The notes below the pieces were generated by a model, which saw nothing but the letters and a program-made list of their open reading frames with translations, was not told the origin of the DNA and searched no databases. The position numbers and the translations under genes were made by a program. Below are positions 1 through 9,278 of a stretch of 46,154 bases of DNA, in pieces. How positions within the stretch are numbered: the first letter of the stretch is position 1; every line of letters starts with the position of its first letter. Source of the DNA: Methanosarcinales archaeon (GTDB lineage Archaea; Halobacteriota; Methanosarcinia; Methanosarcinales; Methanogasteraceae); contig JAUVWP010000002.1 in NCBI GenBank assembly GCA_030604085.1, positions 1 through 46,154 of the forward strand. The letters run 5' to 3'.

Positions 1-99
1 GTGCGACATCTGATATATTAAACGCTTGGGTGAGGCGGGGAGTCGTGAACCCCCGCCTTGATAACAACATTTATATACCACCACGCAATAATAATTACC

Positions 100-228
100 A
101 TGGACGATATTGATCAGTCACTGGTCTATTTCGGATGCGGTGTGTGTGGGTTCACGTTCCAAGCAGATCCGAACTTCATTCCGGTCACCTGTCCACAGTG
201 TGGGAGCGAGACTGTAGCGCGGACCTGA
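100..228 (+). CDS. small zinc-ribbon protein (42 aa), hypothetical
   Basis: ATG at 100 and TGA at 226-228. The product MDDIDQSLVYFGCGVCGFTFQADPNFIPVTCPQCGSETVART has two CxxC pairs. A TTTATAT box at 70-76, about 24 nt upstream of the ATG, suggests a leaderless mRNA. Too short for the supplied ORF track. Confidence 0.45.
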   Translation: MDDIDQSLVYFGCGVCGFTFQADPNFIPVTCPQCGSETVART

Positions 229-249
229 ACCTGAAATGGAACTATGAAC

Positions 250-1386
250 TCACGCAGGCGGCTTTGCGACCAGATGCACATCCCCGGTTCCGAGATTGAT
301 CGGCTGCCCGACGATTACGTTCTCGGTGACGCCGCTTAACTCATCGATGTCACCGCGTATGCCGGCGTCGATCAGGTGCTTCACGGTCCCCTCGAATGCA
401 GCCCGAGCGAGGATGCTCGCCTTCTCGCCGGATAGTCCGTGCCTTCCGATCTGCTTGACCTCTCCGTCGCAGGTCATCATGTCTGATGCGAGCATGATGT
501 GTTTTACATCCACGTTTAACCCCTGTTCGCGCAGGGTCTCCATGATCTCCTTTACAATTGAGTTTCTGGCAGCCTCGATCCCGAAGACCTCGCACATCTC
601 GCCTGGGTGGTTGGAGATCGTTCGGGCAGGGTCGACGCCCTCGATATCGAAAATCTCCTGAAGTGCCGTGCCTTCGGTATAGAGCACGTATTCAAGACCT
701 TCCTTCTGTATAACCACCCTTGGGATCGCCTCAATGCCTTTGATCAGTACTTTCTTAAGATTCCTGCCCAACTGAACCAGAGAATCAAGATTGGACTTTT
801 TCGGACTGAGGCTGAGCGTGTACCCCTCCACCTTGATCGGACTCTTTAGTTTGGCTTCGAGTTTTTCGATGATGTCGGATAGTGTCAGGTCTCGTTCATA
901 CAGGGTATCCTCATCCACTTCGATTAAGATCACCAAATTTGCGCGGTCTGTAATAATTCCGCCCAGATCTGCGATGGTCGTCTTCTGGAGCTCCCATGCA
1001 ACATCATGGGCTTTCTTTTTGCTTGCGCCGTCTCTCAGATACACGGTCATCACCGGTATACTCGGATTCTTTCGCGCATCAAGGATCTCGATCAACCTCG
1101 GGAGCCCGAGCGTTACGTTGATCTCGGCGACACCAGCGTAATGGAAGGTACGCATCGTCATCTGCGTCCCGGGTTCGCCTATCGACTGCGCGGCAACCAC
1201 TCCGACCGGATCACACGGCTCGATGCAAGCAGCCGCATACCCGCTCATAACGTGGTCGATGATCTCATCCAGTTGTTTCCTGGTCGGTTTGACTTCCAGG
1301 AGCTCCTCTCGAAGGGTATCCCTGATCTTTGGCGGCAATGAGAGCGCGCTCACACTCTTCTCGATACTATCTGCTGTTACGGTCAT
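250..1386 (-). CDS. rpoA2: DNA-directed RNA polymerase subunit A''
   Basis: 378-aa ORF with GEPGTQMTMRTFHYAG and a C-terminal beta'-like region. Its ATG overlaps the rpoA1 stop (ATGA at 1383-1386). Confidence 0.95.
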   Translation of the reverse strand: MTVTADSIEKSVSALSLPPKIRDTLREELLEVKPTRKQLDEIIDHVMSGYAAACIEPCDPVGVVAAQSIGEPGTQMTMRTFHYAGVAEINVTLGLPRLIEILDARKNPSIPVMTVYLRDGASKKKAHDVAWELQKTTIADLGGIITDRANLVILIEVDEDTLYERDLTLSDIIEKLEAKLKSPIKVEGYTLSLSPKKSNLDSLVQLGRNLKKVLIKGIEAIPRVVIQKEGLEYVLYTEGTALQEIFDIEGVDPARTISNHPGEMCEVFGIEAARNSIVKEIMETLREQGLNVDVKHIMLASDMMTCDGEVKQIGRHGLSGEKASILARAAFEGTVKHLIDAGIRGDIDELSGVTENVIVGQPINLGTGDVHLVAKPPA

Positions 1387-4016
1387 TCTGGTGCCTCCAT
1401 CACGTCCTTTACGATTCGCTGTATGTGGTAACGATCGAAGCCGCGTGACGGGTCAACTCCGTCCTCGCCGTATTTTGCCTGCACGATCATGCCACGGGTG
1501 TCCCTGACCGTGCCGTCATGCTGCGCCTCCAGATCCTGAAGCGCATTCACCATCCTACGCTGGAGATACCCTGACTGGGACGTCCTGACAGCAGTGTCCA
1601 CGAGACCCTCCCTGCCACCGATGGCGTGGAAGAAGTACTCGACCGGAGAAAGCCCGCTCTTATACGATGCCTGTACAAATCCGTGCGCCTCTGCGCCGCG
1701 ATCTCCTTTCTTGAAATGCGGAAGCGTTCTACCGGAGTAGCCCCGCTGGATGCGGGCACCCCGCACCGACTGCTGTCCGACACACGCCGCCATCTGTGCA
1801 AGATTCAGCATCGAGCCACGGGCTCCTGATACCGCCATCGCAACCGCAGAGTTATCGATACCAAGATGCAATCCTGCCTTGTCGCCAGCCTCGTCACGAA
1901 CCCTTCCGAGAATCTGCATGATCCGAAGCTCAAGCGTCTCTTCGCTGCTTCGCCCGGGCAGCGACTCAAGCTCGTTATGTTCATACTTGTCGATCAGACT
2001 TGCGATGCTCTCCTTTCCGTACATCGCGTCCTTATTAATCTCCTGTATCTGTTTGACCGCCTCTTTCGGGATATCCTCATCATCGATTCCGAAACTGAAT
2101 CCGTGATACATGATGCCCCGGATCGCAAGGTTTGTCATATTGTCAATAAACGCTGCCCCGGCAGCAGTCCCAAACTCCCTAACTATCTTGTTTACTATCT
2201 TTCCCTTGAACGCGCCGATCGATTTCTCATCGATGGTCCCACAGAGCAGTTCCCCATTACTTATGACGACATACGCATCGTTCGGGCAGTTCTCCTTCTT
2301 GCATTCATCACATTCCTCGCATATCTCTGCATTATATTCGAGGTTTAACCCTTCTGGTAGAATCTGGCTGAATATCTGCTTTCCGGTCCAGTATGGGGTG
2401 CCATCCTCGATATAGTCAGGCTGCGGCAGGTCGCGCACCCCTGATTTCCGCAGGATCTCGAGTGCGCTGTTCTTGTCGATCGCTTTCTCACGCGTCAATA
2501 GGAACATGCCTGTTATGTGATCGTGTATTCCGCCGATGATCGGACCGCCAAATCTTGGCGAGAGGATGTTCTCCTGAACCCGCATCAGTATCGCTGCCTC
2601 TGCCCTTGCCTCCTCGTTCTGCTGTACATGGAGATTCATCTCATCGCCATCGAAATCAGCGTTGTACGGCGGGCAGACCGCTGGATTTAACCGGAACGTC
2701 TTTCCGGGCATGACCCTGACCTCGTGCGCCATGATGCTCATCTTGTGAAGCGACGGCTGCCTGTTGAAGAGCACGATGTCGCCCTCCTTGAGGTGCCGGT
2801 CCACGAACCATCCGTATTCGAGCATATCTGCAATCTCCTCGCGGGTCGTATCGCTGATTCGCAGTCTGTGCCCATCTGTCCGGACCACGTAGTTCGCGCC
2901 CGGGTGATTGACCGGACCGCGGCGCACGTACTCCCTGAGTTCCTCGATGTTTCTCGGCACAACCTTAAACGTGACTGTCAGTTCTCTTGCAATCGCCTCA
3001 GGAATGCCGACCTCGTTGATCGACAAGTTAGGATCCGGCGAGATAACAGTCCTCGCGCTGAAATTGACACGCTTGCCAGAGAGATTGCCCCTGAACCGCC
3101 CTTCCTTCCCTTTCAGGCGCTGGGACAAGGTCTTCAAAGATCTTCCGCTCCTGTGCCTTGCCGGAGGTATCCCTGAGACGCTGTTGTCCATAAAAGTGGT
3201 TACATGGTACTGCAAGAGTTCCCAGAGATCCTCAATGATCAACTGCGGCGCGCCCGCTTCCTTATTCTCCTGGAACCTCTGGTTTATCCTGATAATGTCA
3301 ACGAGTTTGTGTGTCAGATCGTCCTCGCTTCGCTGCCCTGTCTGAAGTATGATCGACGGGCGCACAGTGACCGGCGGCACAGGCAGCACCGTCAGGATCA
3401 TCCATTCGGGGCGCGCGTTGTTCGGGTCTATACCAAAGACAGGGAGATCTTCATCCGGTATGTGCTCGAACCAGTTCCTGATATCGCTTGGAAGCTGTTT
3501 GTCCCCGTCCTCATAATACGTGGTCGGTTTTTCGTACGTGATCTTCAGTTGGTGCTCGCCGCAGTACGGGCACACTTCGACCTTGCTCGCCTCGGCAAAG
3601 ACATATTCAACCGGCGAATCGATGGTCTGCCCCTGACTCCTCCGAGCCGCGATCTGCTCGATATACTCTTTCTTCCGCCCTGCATCCAGAAGCAGTCGGC
3701 TGCAACTTCTGCACGTACTCCTGAGCAGATTCCGTATCTGCTTGGCAAACCCGACGTGCACGCAGGGTGCCACCAGTTCTATGTGCCCAAAATGACCCGG
3801 GCACTCCCCAGCCCTTCCGTTGCAGGTCTTGCACCGCAATCCCGGATCGATGACGCCGAGTCTGGGATCCATGAGCCCCATATCGATCGGAAAACCATCC
3901 TCATCATAAGTATCTGCCGTGATAATCCTGGTGACGCTCATATTCCGGTATTCCCGCGGCGAGATCAAGCCGAATTTTATCCGTGAGATTCTCTTTGGAG
4001 CACTGATCTGTTTCAT
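1383..4016 (-). CDS. rpoA1: DNA-directed RNA polymerase subunit A'
   Basis: The ORF 1383..4100 contains the zinc-binding N-terminus and the catalytic NADFDGDEMN motif. The likely start is the ATG at 4014-4016 (MKQISAPKRISRIKFGL...), because the 28 upstream codons look non-coding. Confidence 0.95.
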   Translation of the reverse strand: MKQISAPKRISRIKFGLISPREYRNMSVTRIITADTYDEDGFPIDMGLMDPRLGVIDPGLRCKTCNGRAGECPGHFGHIELVAPCVHVGFAKQIRNLLRSTCRSCSRLLLDAGRKKEYIEQIAARRSQGQTIDSPVEYVFAEASKVEVCPYCGEHQLKITYEKPTTYYEDGDKQLPSDIRNWFEHIPDEDLPVFGIDPNNARPEWMILTVLPVPPVTVRPSIILQTGQRSEDDLTHKLVDIIRINQRFQENKEAGAPQLIIEDLWELLQYHVTTFMDNSVSGIPPARHRSGRSLKTLSQRLKGKEGRFRGNLSGKRVNFSARTVISPDPNLSINEVGIPEAIARELTVTFKVVPRNIEELREYVRRGPVNHPGANYVVRTDGHRLRISDTTREEIADMLEYGWFVDRHLKEGDIVLFNRQPSLHKMSIMAHEVRVMPGKTFRLNPAVCPPYNADFDGDEMNLHVQQNEEARAEAAILMRVQENILSPRFGGPIIGGIHDHITGMFLLTREKAIDKNSALEILRKSGVRDLPQPDYIEDGTPYWTGKQIFSQILPEGLNLEYNAEICEECDECKKENCPNDAYVVISNGELLCGTIDEKSIGAFKGKIVNKIVREFGTAAGAAFIDNMTNLAIRGIMYHGFSFGIDDEDIPKEAVKQIQEINKDAMYGKESIASLIDKYEHNELESLPGRSSEETLELRIMQILGRVRDEAGDKAGLHLGIDNSAVAMAVSGARGSMLNLAQMAACVGQQSVRGARIQRGYSGRTLPHFKKGDRGAEAHGFVQASYKSGLSPVEYFFHAIGGREGLVDTAVRTSQSGYLQRRMVNALQDLEAQHDGTVRDTRGMIVQAKYGEDGVDPSRGFDRYHIQRIVKDVMEAPE

Positions 4017-4550
4017 TGTATACCAGTCTCTAATGTCTGTGGGATAAAGGTTTTGATTCATAAGGGGTTGTCGTGCCTTCTGGCGTTGACGCCCACGCAC
4101 GGAAACAGGTTTTTATGTGAGTGGGCACAACCCGAATGTCTAGGTGATAGAATAGCCGACAGGATGGACATTCAGGCAGCGTCGGTGAGACGAACGTGAC
4201 ATCCTCTTCACAAATTCCTTTATATCGATGTGACCTCATAATAATTATTACCACGTCTCTTTTTTAATCCGTTCGCGTGGTTGTGACTGTGCAGCCCTTT
4301 TTCACCAGGGCTGCACACTTCAGTTCATCAACCCCTGAGAATGCCTGCTGCGAATCGTGAAATAGTATCTTTCGACACGCGGGTCACGTGCATGACTTGA
4401 ATGCCGATTATCAGGCCAAGCTGCACAGCTGCGGCACAGCCATTAACCCGGGTTCCAACGATTTTATCCACAACTCGGGCAATAAGCCCGGGTTCACGGA
4501 ATATTCTGTAACACCGGATGAGACGACACCATAATGCTTGCGCGGAAGTT

Positions 4551-5867
4551 TCACCCCTCAATCATCATCCCAACCCAGTCCGAGACGTCCGTAGCAGCAT
4601 CCGCGCCGCCATCGCCGCCGCGCAACATGTCGGTCACAGACTTTAGCACCTGAACCGATGTCGGATGCATCATCATAAATAGATCGACACCAGCAAGCGC
4701 AAGCGCTAGTCCCGTCGTTATCTCCCAGATCGGTCCCCTGTATTCGCGGGGTCCCCAGTCCGAGTCCTCTTTGAGTGGCGAAACCGCCATCCACGACTCT
4801 CTCGCGCCCCATGCGTTCGTGGTTCCTGATGACATCGGGAAGTTCAGTTCCTGGTCACCGATTAACCCTGCGAGCCGGATGCGCTCGATGTTTGAGTAGG
4901 CGTAATCGAGACCGTAGCCAAGCGCCGCGGTTGTCGGATCCATCACAATATCACAACGCTCGATGCCACACTGTTTCATCAGTTTGCGGTTGAGTTCCTT
5001 CTGCGCATTGATCTCGAGCTGCGTCCACGAGAGGATCGCGTGACCGTACTCCTTTGCTGCGGCTGCGATCCGCTGGTAGTCCATGTTCAAGTTTGCAGAC
5101 GCGATCAGGCACCGCTCACCTTCGGCAGCCTCTGCCGCCTTCTCAAGAACCTCGGGATCCTTATCAGGATTTCCTGAACCCCCAATGATGAGCGGGACAT
5201 CGACAGCCTGCAAGACATCCTCAACCACCTTCGCTGCATCCGATGCAGACGTGTCCTTGATCGACGGATCCGTGCTTATCAGGTGGATCGTGACCATATC
5301 CGCGCCGAACTTCGAGACCACCTTCTTTGCCCACTCAGCCGGGCTCTCAAGCACATCCTCGTAGTTCATGCGCACAGCGCGTGCCATTCCGATGGGCATG
5401 TCAAAGACATCGATCGAGACGTAGTTCGGATTTGGCATCGGCGCATCGAAGTAGAACGGCAGCGCATGTTCGCCGCCAAGCGTGACCGTCGTTTTGCGTG
5501 TGCCGCCGTCAGAGGATGTTGCACCGAGCACAACCTCCTCGATCCCGTGCTTCCACTCAGAGACCGGGTCCACGTCAAACGATGCCGGGATCAACTCCTG
5601 CGGGATCCGTGATTGTATCGGGGACGGCAGCGTCATCGGCTGCATATACGGCACCTGCCCGGCTGGACCGCCCATCATGCCTGCGACGTTATTCAGCCGC
5701 GCCGCGATCTGCGCAATCTCATATCCTACCGCCTGCAGCAGTTCCTGACCACCGCCCCCGCCCTCAAATTCGATCTCGATATCCCCCTCTATCGTAACGC
5801 CTTTCAGTTCAAGCACGTTCTCGAGCAGTTTATTGAGATCGGATAGCGTGATGGTGGTAGTTGTCAT
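4551..5867 (-). CDS. cdhD: acetyl-CoA decarbonylase/synthase complex subunit delta (corrinoid Fe-S protein small subunit)
   Basis: 438-aa ORF with a CdhD-like N-terminus ([34 protein letters not shown], Gly-rich linker) and a TIM-barrel-like remainder. No other cdh genes are in the window. Confidence 0.9.
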   Translation of the reverse strand: MTTTTITLSDLNKLLENVLELKGVTIEGDIEIEFEGGGGGQELLQAVGYEIAQIAARLNNVAGMMGGPAGQVPYMQPMTLPSPIQSRIPQELIPASFDVDPVSEWKHGIEEVVLGATSSDGGTRKTTVTLGGEHALPFYFDAPMPNPNYVSIDVFDMPIGMARAVRMNYEDVLESPAEWAKKVVSKFGADMVTIHLISTDPSIKDTSASDAAKVVEDVLQAVDVPLIIGGSGNPDKDPEVLEKAAEAAEGERCLIASANLNMDYQRIAAAAKEYGHAILSWTQLEINAQKELNRKLMKQCGIERCDIVMDPTTAALGYGLDYAYSNIERIRLAGLIGDQELNFPMSSGTTNAWGARESWMAVSPLKEDSDWGPREYRGPIWEITTGLALALAGVDLFMMMHPTSVQVLKSVTDMLRGGDGGADAATDVSDWVGMMIEG

Positions 5868-5890
5868 GCGGATTCCAATGAGATTACAGG

Positions 5891-5899
5891 TTTATTAAA
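5891..5899 (-). promoter_or_regulatory. TATA-box-like element upstream of cdhD
   Basis: The minus strand reads TTTAATAAA about 24-32 nt upstream of the cdhD ATG (5865-5867). This fits an archaeal TATA box and a leaderless or short-leader mRNA. Confidence 0.4.
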
Positions 5900-6048
5900 T
5901 GTTGCAGATTGCTCAGGTTCGGCAGGGGCAGTCAACTCTTATCCGGTGCATATTACGGACATTGGGGTTGACCGCAGATGACCTTAACGAACACTTATAA
6001 AGGGACGAATATTAACAATAGCTAAATAGAAAGGAAGGTAGTAGAGAA

Positions 6049-6252
6049 ATGGCAAAAATGAAATATTGTGGGAATTGCAAACAATGGGTAACACCAACAA
6101 AGGGAGTTAACTGGGTGATAGCAATAATACTGCTCATATTTTTCGTTATACCGGGAATAATCTACATCATCTGGGCCATGAGCAAAGGCGGAAAGTGTCC
6201 CATGTGTAATAGCACAAATTGGTCTATCCCACCAAAAGAAGAGAATGAATAG
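6049..6252 (+). CDS. small membrane protein with a split zinc ribbon (LITAF-like topology)
   Basis: 67 aa with the layout CGNC - 12 aa (VTPTKGVNW) - about 22 hydrophobic aa (VIAIILLIFFVIPGIIYIIWAM) - CPMC. A purine-rich AGGAAGGT lies upstream and the gene sits in an AT-rich islet. Confidence 0.6.
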   Translation: MAKMKYCGNCKQWVTPTKGVNWVIAIILLIFFVIPGIIYIIWAMSKGGKCPMCNSTNWSIPPKEENE

Positions 6253-6311
6253 GGTGCTAAAATTTCGATAAATTTAAGTGCATAGAGTGATTGAAGCTTA
6301 AGGAGTAGAAA

Positions 6312-6851
6312 ATGGGCAGTGGAAATACAGACCTCTTAGAAATATTGTTATTAAAAAAGCGCACGATTAATTACTCATTGGATAAAATGAAAGACGCATA
6401 TAGCATTATTTTTCCAAAGGTTGAGAAAGGAAAAGAGATTGTTGTGACAATGAAAGATATTGAAGATGGTGCATGGCTTATATCCTGCTACGGGGAGTAC
6501 TTCTTTTTAGAAGTAACCTCTTTTTTCGATGCTTTAGCCAGAAATCTTACAGAAAACCAAGACCTCAAGAAAAACATTAATTTTAAAAAATGGATTGAAT
6601 GGCAATATAAACACAATAATGACGATTTCATTCGTTATTTAAAAAAGCAGTACGATAACTGGTACAACGACTTCAAAAAAATCAGAAACAGAATCGCTCA
6701 TCAATGCCATCTGTATTATGAAATAGATAAAATTTTAAGCATCAATGTCAAGAGTGGTGAGAAAGGTAAAATTGAATTTTGCACGATGACGATAGGTGAG
6801 AATAGAAAAGTGGAACTGTTCGATTACTGTAATGATATTCAAAAAAATTAG
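6312..6851 (+). CDS. hypothetical protein with a HEPN-like Rx4H motif (putative RNase/Abi-like)
   Basis: 179 aa with a strong AAGGAG Shine-Dalgarno 8 nt upstream. KIRNRIAHQ (R125-x4-H130, nt 6684-6701) is preceded by helix-like segments (EYFFLEVTSFFDALARNL, FKKWIEWQY), as in stand-alone HEPN families. AT-rich codon usage. Confidence 0.55.
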   Translation: MGSGNTDLLEILLLKKRTINYSLDKMKDAYSIIFPKVEKGKEIVVTMKDIEDGAWLISCYGEYFFLEVTSFFDALARNLTENQDLKKNINFKKWIEWQYKHNNDDFIRYLKKQYDNWYNDFKKIRNRIAHQCHLYYEIDKILSINVKSGEKGKIEFCTMTIGENRKVELFDYCNDIQKN

Positions 6852-7038
6852 AAGATATGATTGCTTTTATCGAGAAGAATAACTATTGGAAAAAACGATA
6901 CCGATACCGCGTAAAATAAAAGAAATATCTCTCTTACGGCTCGCGGATGCCCCCGAATTCATTCGGAGGTGGAGCGGCTGGGACTTCATAGCGTACATTG
7001 GGGTAACCTATTTGTTTGGGAGTCCCTTACTCCATACA

Positions 7039-8568
7039 ATGGCAAACCGGAAGGAATTTCACGAGTTGATACCGATCGGAAGAGCGGAGGCGCTACTTAG
7101 ATCGATCATCCGCAGCAGCACCGAGGTCGTTCCGCTCGATCTGGCATACCACAGCGTCCTTGCAGAGGATGTTTTCGCGCCTATTGATGTGCCATCGTTT
7201 GACCGTGCAGACATGGATGGCTACGCGGTGCGTGCGGCAGACACCTACAGTGCGCGGGAAGAAGAGCCGGTACAACTTGTGATCGCGGGCAGGATCCCTG
7301 CCGGGGACGTTCCGTCGCTTACGATCTCAGAGGGCACCGCTGCCGAGATATCCACCGGCGCGATGCTCCCCCAGGGTGCTGATGCGGTTGTGATGGTCGA
7401 GTACACAAAGGAAGACGAATCTTCGTCTTCGGTCTCTATTTACCGGGCGGTCCACGTATATGAAAATGTCATGCGGGCAGGAGCCGACATCCGGGACGGG
7501 ACCCGGGTGCTTCCAAAAGGAACGCATCTCGGATCGCGTGAGACCGGTGTTCTTGCAGCCATCGGAGTCTCGCATGTCCGGGTTCGCTCGCTTCGCATCG
7601 GAATCATCTCGACCGGAAACGAACTCGTCCCTGCGGGCGAGAAAATGGAGCCCGGACAGGTGTACGATGTGAATGCGCACACGCTATCTGCTGCGGTGCG
7701 CGAATGCGGGGCAACTCCGGTTGCGTACGGGATCGTTTCAGATGACGAAAAAAAGACGGTGGAAGTTCTCGAGAAAGCCATTTCAGAGTGCGATCTGATC
7801 CTCACATCTGGAAGCACGTCTGCCGGATCCGGGGACATCATGCCCCACATCCTCGAGGAGTGCGGCGAGGTGCTCGCGCACGGGATCAATATCAAGCCCG
7901 GTAAGCCGATGATAATAGCGAAGATGCAAAAACCAGTCATAGGGCTTCCAGGTTTCCCAACATCGGCGCTGAGCATGTTTTATTATCTGGTAGCTCCGCG
8001 AATACGCGATGTTCTCGGCTACGACTCCGGGGCAGCAGCGAGACCGCAGCAGGCTGTGCTCGGATCAATGATCCAGTCGGCAGGAAGGCACCAGCTCCTG
8101 CCGGTAGCGCTGGTGCGGGGGATGGCGTATCCTGTGATCAAGAGTTCAGGCGCGATTACAGCGCTTGCATCCGCGGACGGGTTTATCGAGATCCTTCCCG
8201 AGACCGAGATCATGGAAGCAGGAGAGATGGTCGAGGTTACGCTCTTTGGGGATGCGTCCGCAAATGATCTCGTATTCGCGGGAGCAGCTTGCGATGAGGT
8301 AAACCGGCTCATGGAGGTGCTGCCGTTTCGTGTGCGGATGATCCACACTGGCGTTGCCGCCGGAATCGATGCTCTGCAAAACGGGATAGCAGATATCGCA
8401 GGGATCCCTCTTTCCACAGATGAACTGCCTGATATGGATGGCGTTTCGGTCATACATGAATTTCTGCACGGAGATGGGGCGTATACGCTCATTGTGCTTC
8501 ACGAACGGATCGATTCTGAGGGTGTAAAGGCGTTTCTTTCGGCGATATCTGATTCGTTTAAGGCATAA
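7039..8568 (+). CDS. moeA: molybdopterin molybdenumtransferase MoeA with a C-terminal PBP-like domain
   Basis: MoeA-like core (PSFDRADMDGYAV, STGNELV, SGSTSAGSGD, PGKP, GLPGFPTSA) plus a roughly 100-aa C-terminal extension, as in archaeal MoeA-PBP fusions. The ATG at 7039 is preferred over the TTG at 6886. Confidence 0.85.
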   Translation: MANRKEFHELIPIGRAEALLRSIIRSSTEVVPLDLAYHSVLAEDVFAPIDVPSFDRADMDGYAVRAADTYSAREEEPVQLVIAGRIPAGDVPSLTISEGTAAEISTGAMLPQGADAVVMVEYTKEDESSSSVSIYRAVHVYENVMRAGADIRDGTRVLPKGTHLGSRETGVLAAIGVSHVRVRSLRIGIISTGNELVPAGEKMEPGQVYDVNAHTLSAAVRECGATPVAYGIVSDDEKKTVEVLEKAISECDLILTSGSTSAGSGDIMPHILEECGEVLAHGINIKPGKPMIIAKMQKPVIGLPGFPTSALSMFYYLVAPRIRDVLGYDSGAAARPQQAVLGSMIQSAGRHQLLPVALVRGMAYPVIKSSGAITALASADGFIEILPETEIMEAGEMVEVTLFGDASANDLVFAGAACDEVNRLMEVLPFRVRMIHTGVAAGIDALQNGIADIAGIPLSTDELPDMDGVSVIHEFLHGDGAYTLIVLHERIDSEGVKAFLSAISDSFKA

Positions 8569-8637
8569 TCGGATTTTTGGACAGTGTCCCTTCGCAACAA
8601 AATTAGGGGGTTGTGTCACCCCTGACATCGCGACAGT

Positions 8638-8646
8638 TTTTTATAG
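8638..8646 (+). promoter_or_regulatory. TATA-box-like element upstream of the DUF106-like gene
   Basis: TTTTTATAG lies 26-34 nt upstream of the ATG at 8672. The same box is duplicated at 11376-11384. Confidence 0.45.
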
Positions 8647-8650
8647 ATCG

Positions 8651-9274
8651 GTGAACACAGGTTCGCCATATATGTCCCAATTGAAAGAGACGCTGGAACG
8701 GATCGGGCTTGCACTCGGAATATCGATGCTGCTTGGAGTGCTGCTACTACCGGACTTCCGACCCGCTATTGCCGGGCTCGTTGGTGCACTGCTAGGACCG
8801 CTGCCTGATATGCTGCCGATTCACATCACGCTCTTCGTGATGGCTGCACTCACCGGGCTCTATGCCTCGCTCATCCAGAAGTACACCATCGACTGGGAAC
8901 TGATGCGCACATTCTCTGAAAAGATGAAGGGATTTCAGAAGGAATATCGGGAAGCGCAACTCGCAGAGAACAAACAGAGATTAAAGAAACTTGATGAGAA
9001 GCGTGCTGCCATGATGGGCGATCAGGGTAAGATGATGAAACAACAACTCAAGCCGATGGCATACATCAGCATCATCTCGTTACCGCTCTTCTTCTGGGCA
9101 TGGGCGTATGTCGAAGCCAATCCGGGCTTTGCCATAACATTCCCGTTCTGGGGAGTGAAATCGCTTGGTGAACCCGCTTTTCTTGGCATCCAGTACTGGA
9201 TCGTCTGGTACATGATATGCTCACTACCGGTCAGTCAGGTGATCAGGAAGGCGCTCGATATCGGCGGAGCATGA
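8651..9274 (+). CDS. DUF106/EMC3-TMCO1-like membrane protein (archaeal YidC/Oxa1-like insertase family)
   Basis: About 200 aa with TM segments flanking a charged coiled region (KMKGFQKEYREAQLAENKQRLKKLDEKRAAMMGDQGKMMKQQLKP). The start is either the GTG at 8651 or the ATG at 8672. Confidence 0.75.
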   Translation: MNTGSPYMSQLKETLERIGLALGISMLLGVLLLPDFRPAIAGLVGALLGPLPDMLPIHITLFVMAALTGLYASLIQKYTIDWELMRTFSEKMKGFQKEYREAQLAENKQRLKKLDEKRAAMMGDQGKMMKQQLKPMAYISIISLPLFFWAWAYVEANPGFAITFPFWGVKSLGEPAFLGIQYWIVWYMICSLPVSQVIRKALDIGGA

Positions 9275-9278
9275 TTCA

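Noticed and set aside
3204-3986. A 260-aa plus-strand ORF inside rpoA1. Similar long antisense ORFs occur at 2724..3176, 7440..7976, 9483..10109, 25353..25918, 35582..36298, 42874..43515 and 44492..44929.
   Set aside because: All lie antisense to, or out of frame with, confidently identified conserved genes. Their composition is Arg/Ser/Pro-rich and low in complexity, and none has a recognisable motif. They are typical shadow ORFs of GC-rich coding DNA.
4030-4561. Small ORFs 4030..4254 and 4328..4561 (minus) in the rpoA1-cdhD spacer, considered as a possible rpoB remnant or new genes.
   Set aside because: There is no similarity to the rpoB C-terminus or to any motif I recognise. The translations are Arg/Cys-rich and odd, and one overlaps the cdhD stop. 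I treat the region as non-coding.
6886-7038. TTG-initiated 51-codon N-terminal extension of MoeA.
   Set aside because: The extension lies in the AT-rich islet boundary and has no MoeA similarity. The conserved MoeA N-terminus starts at the ATG at 7039.
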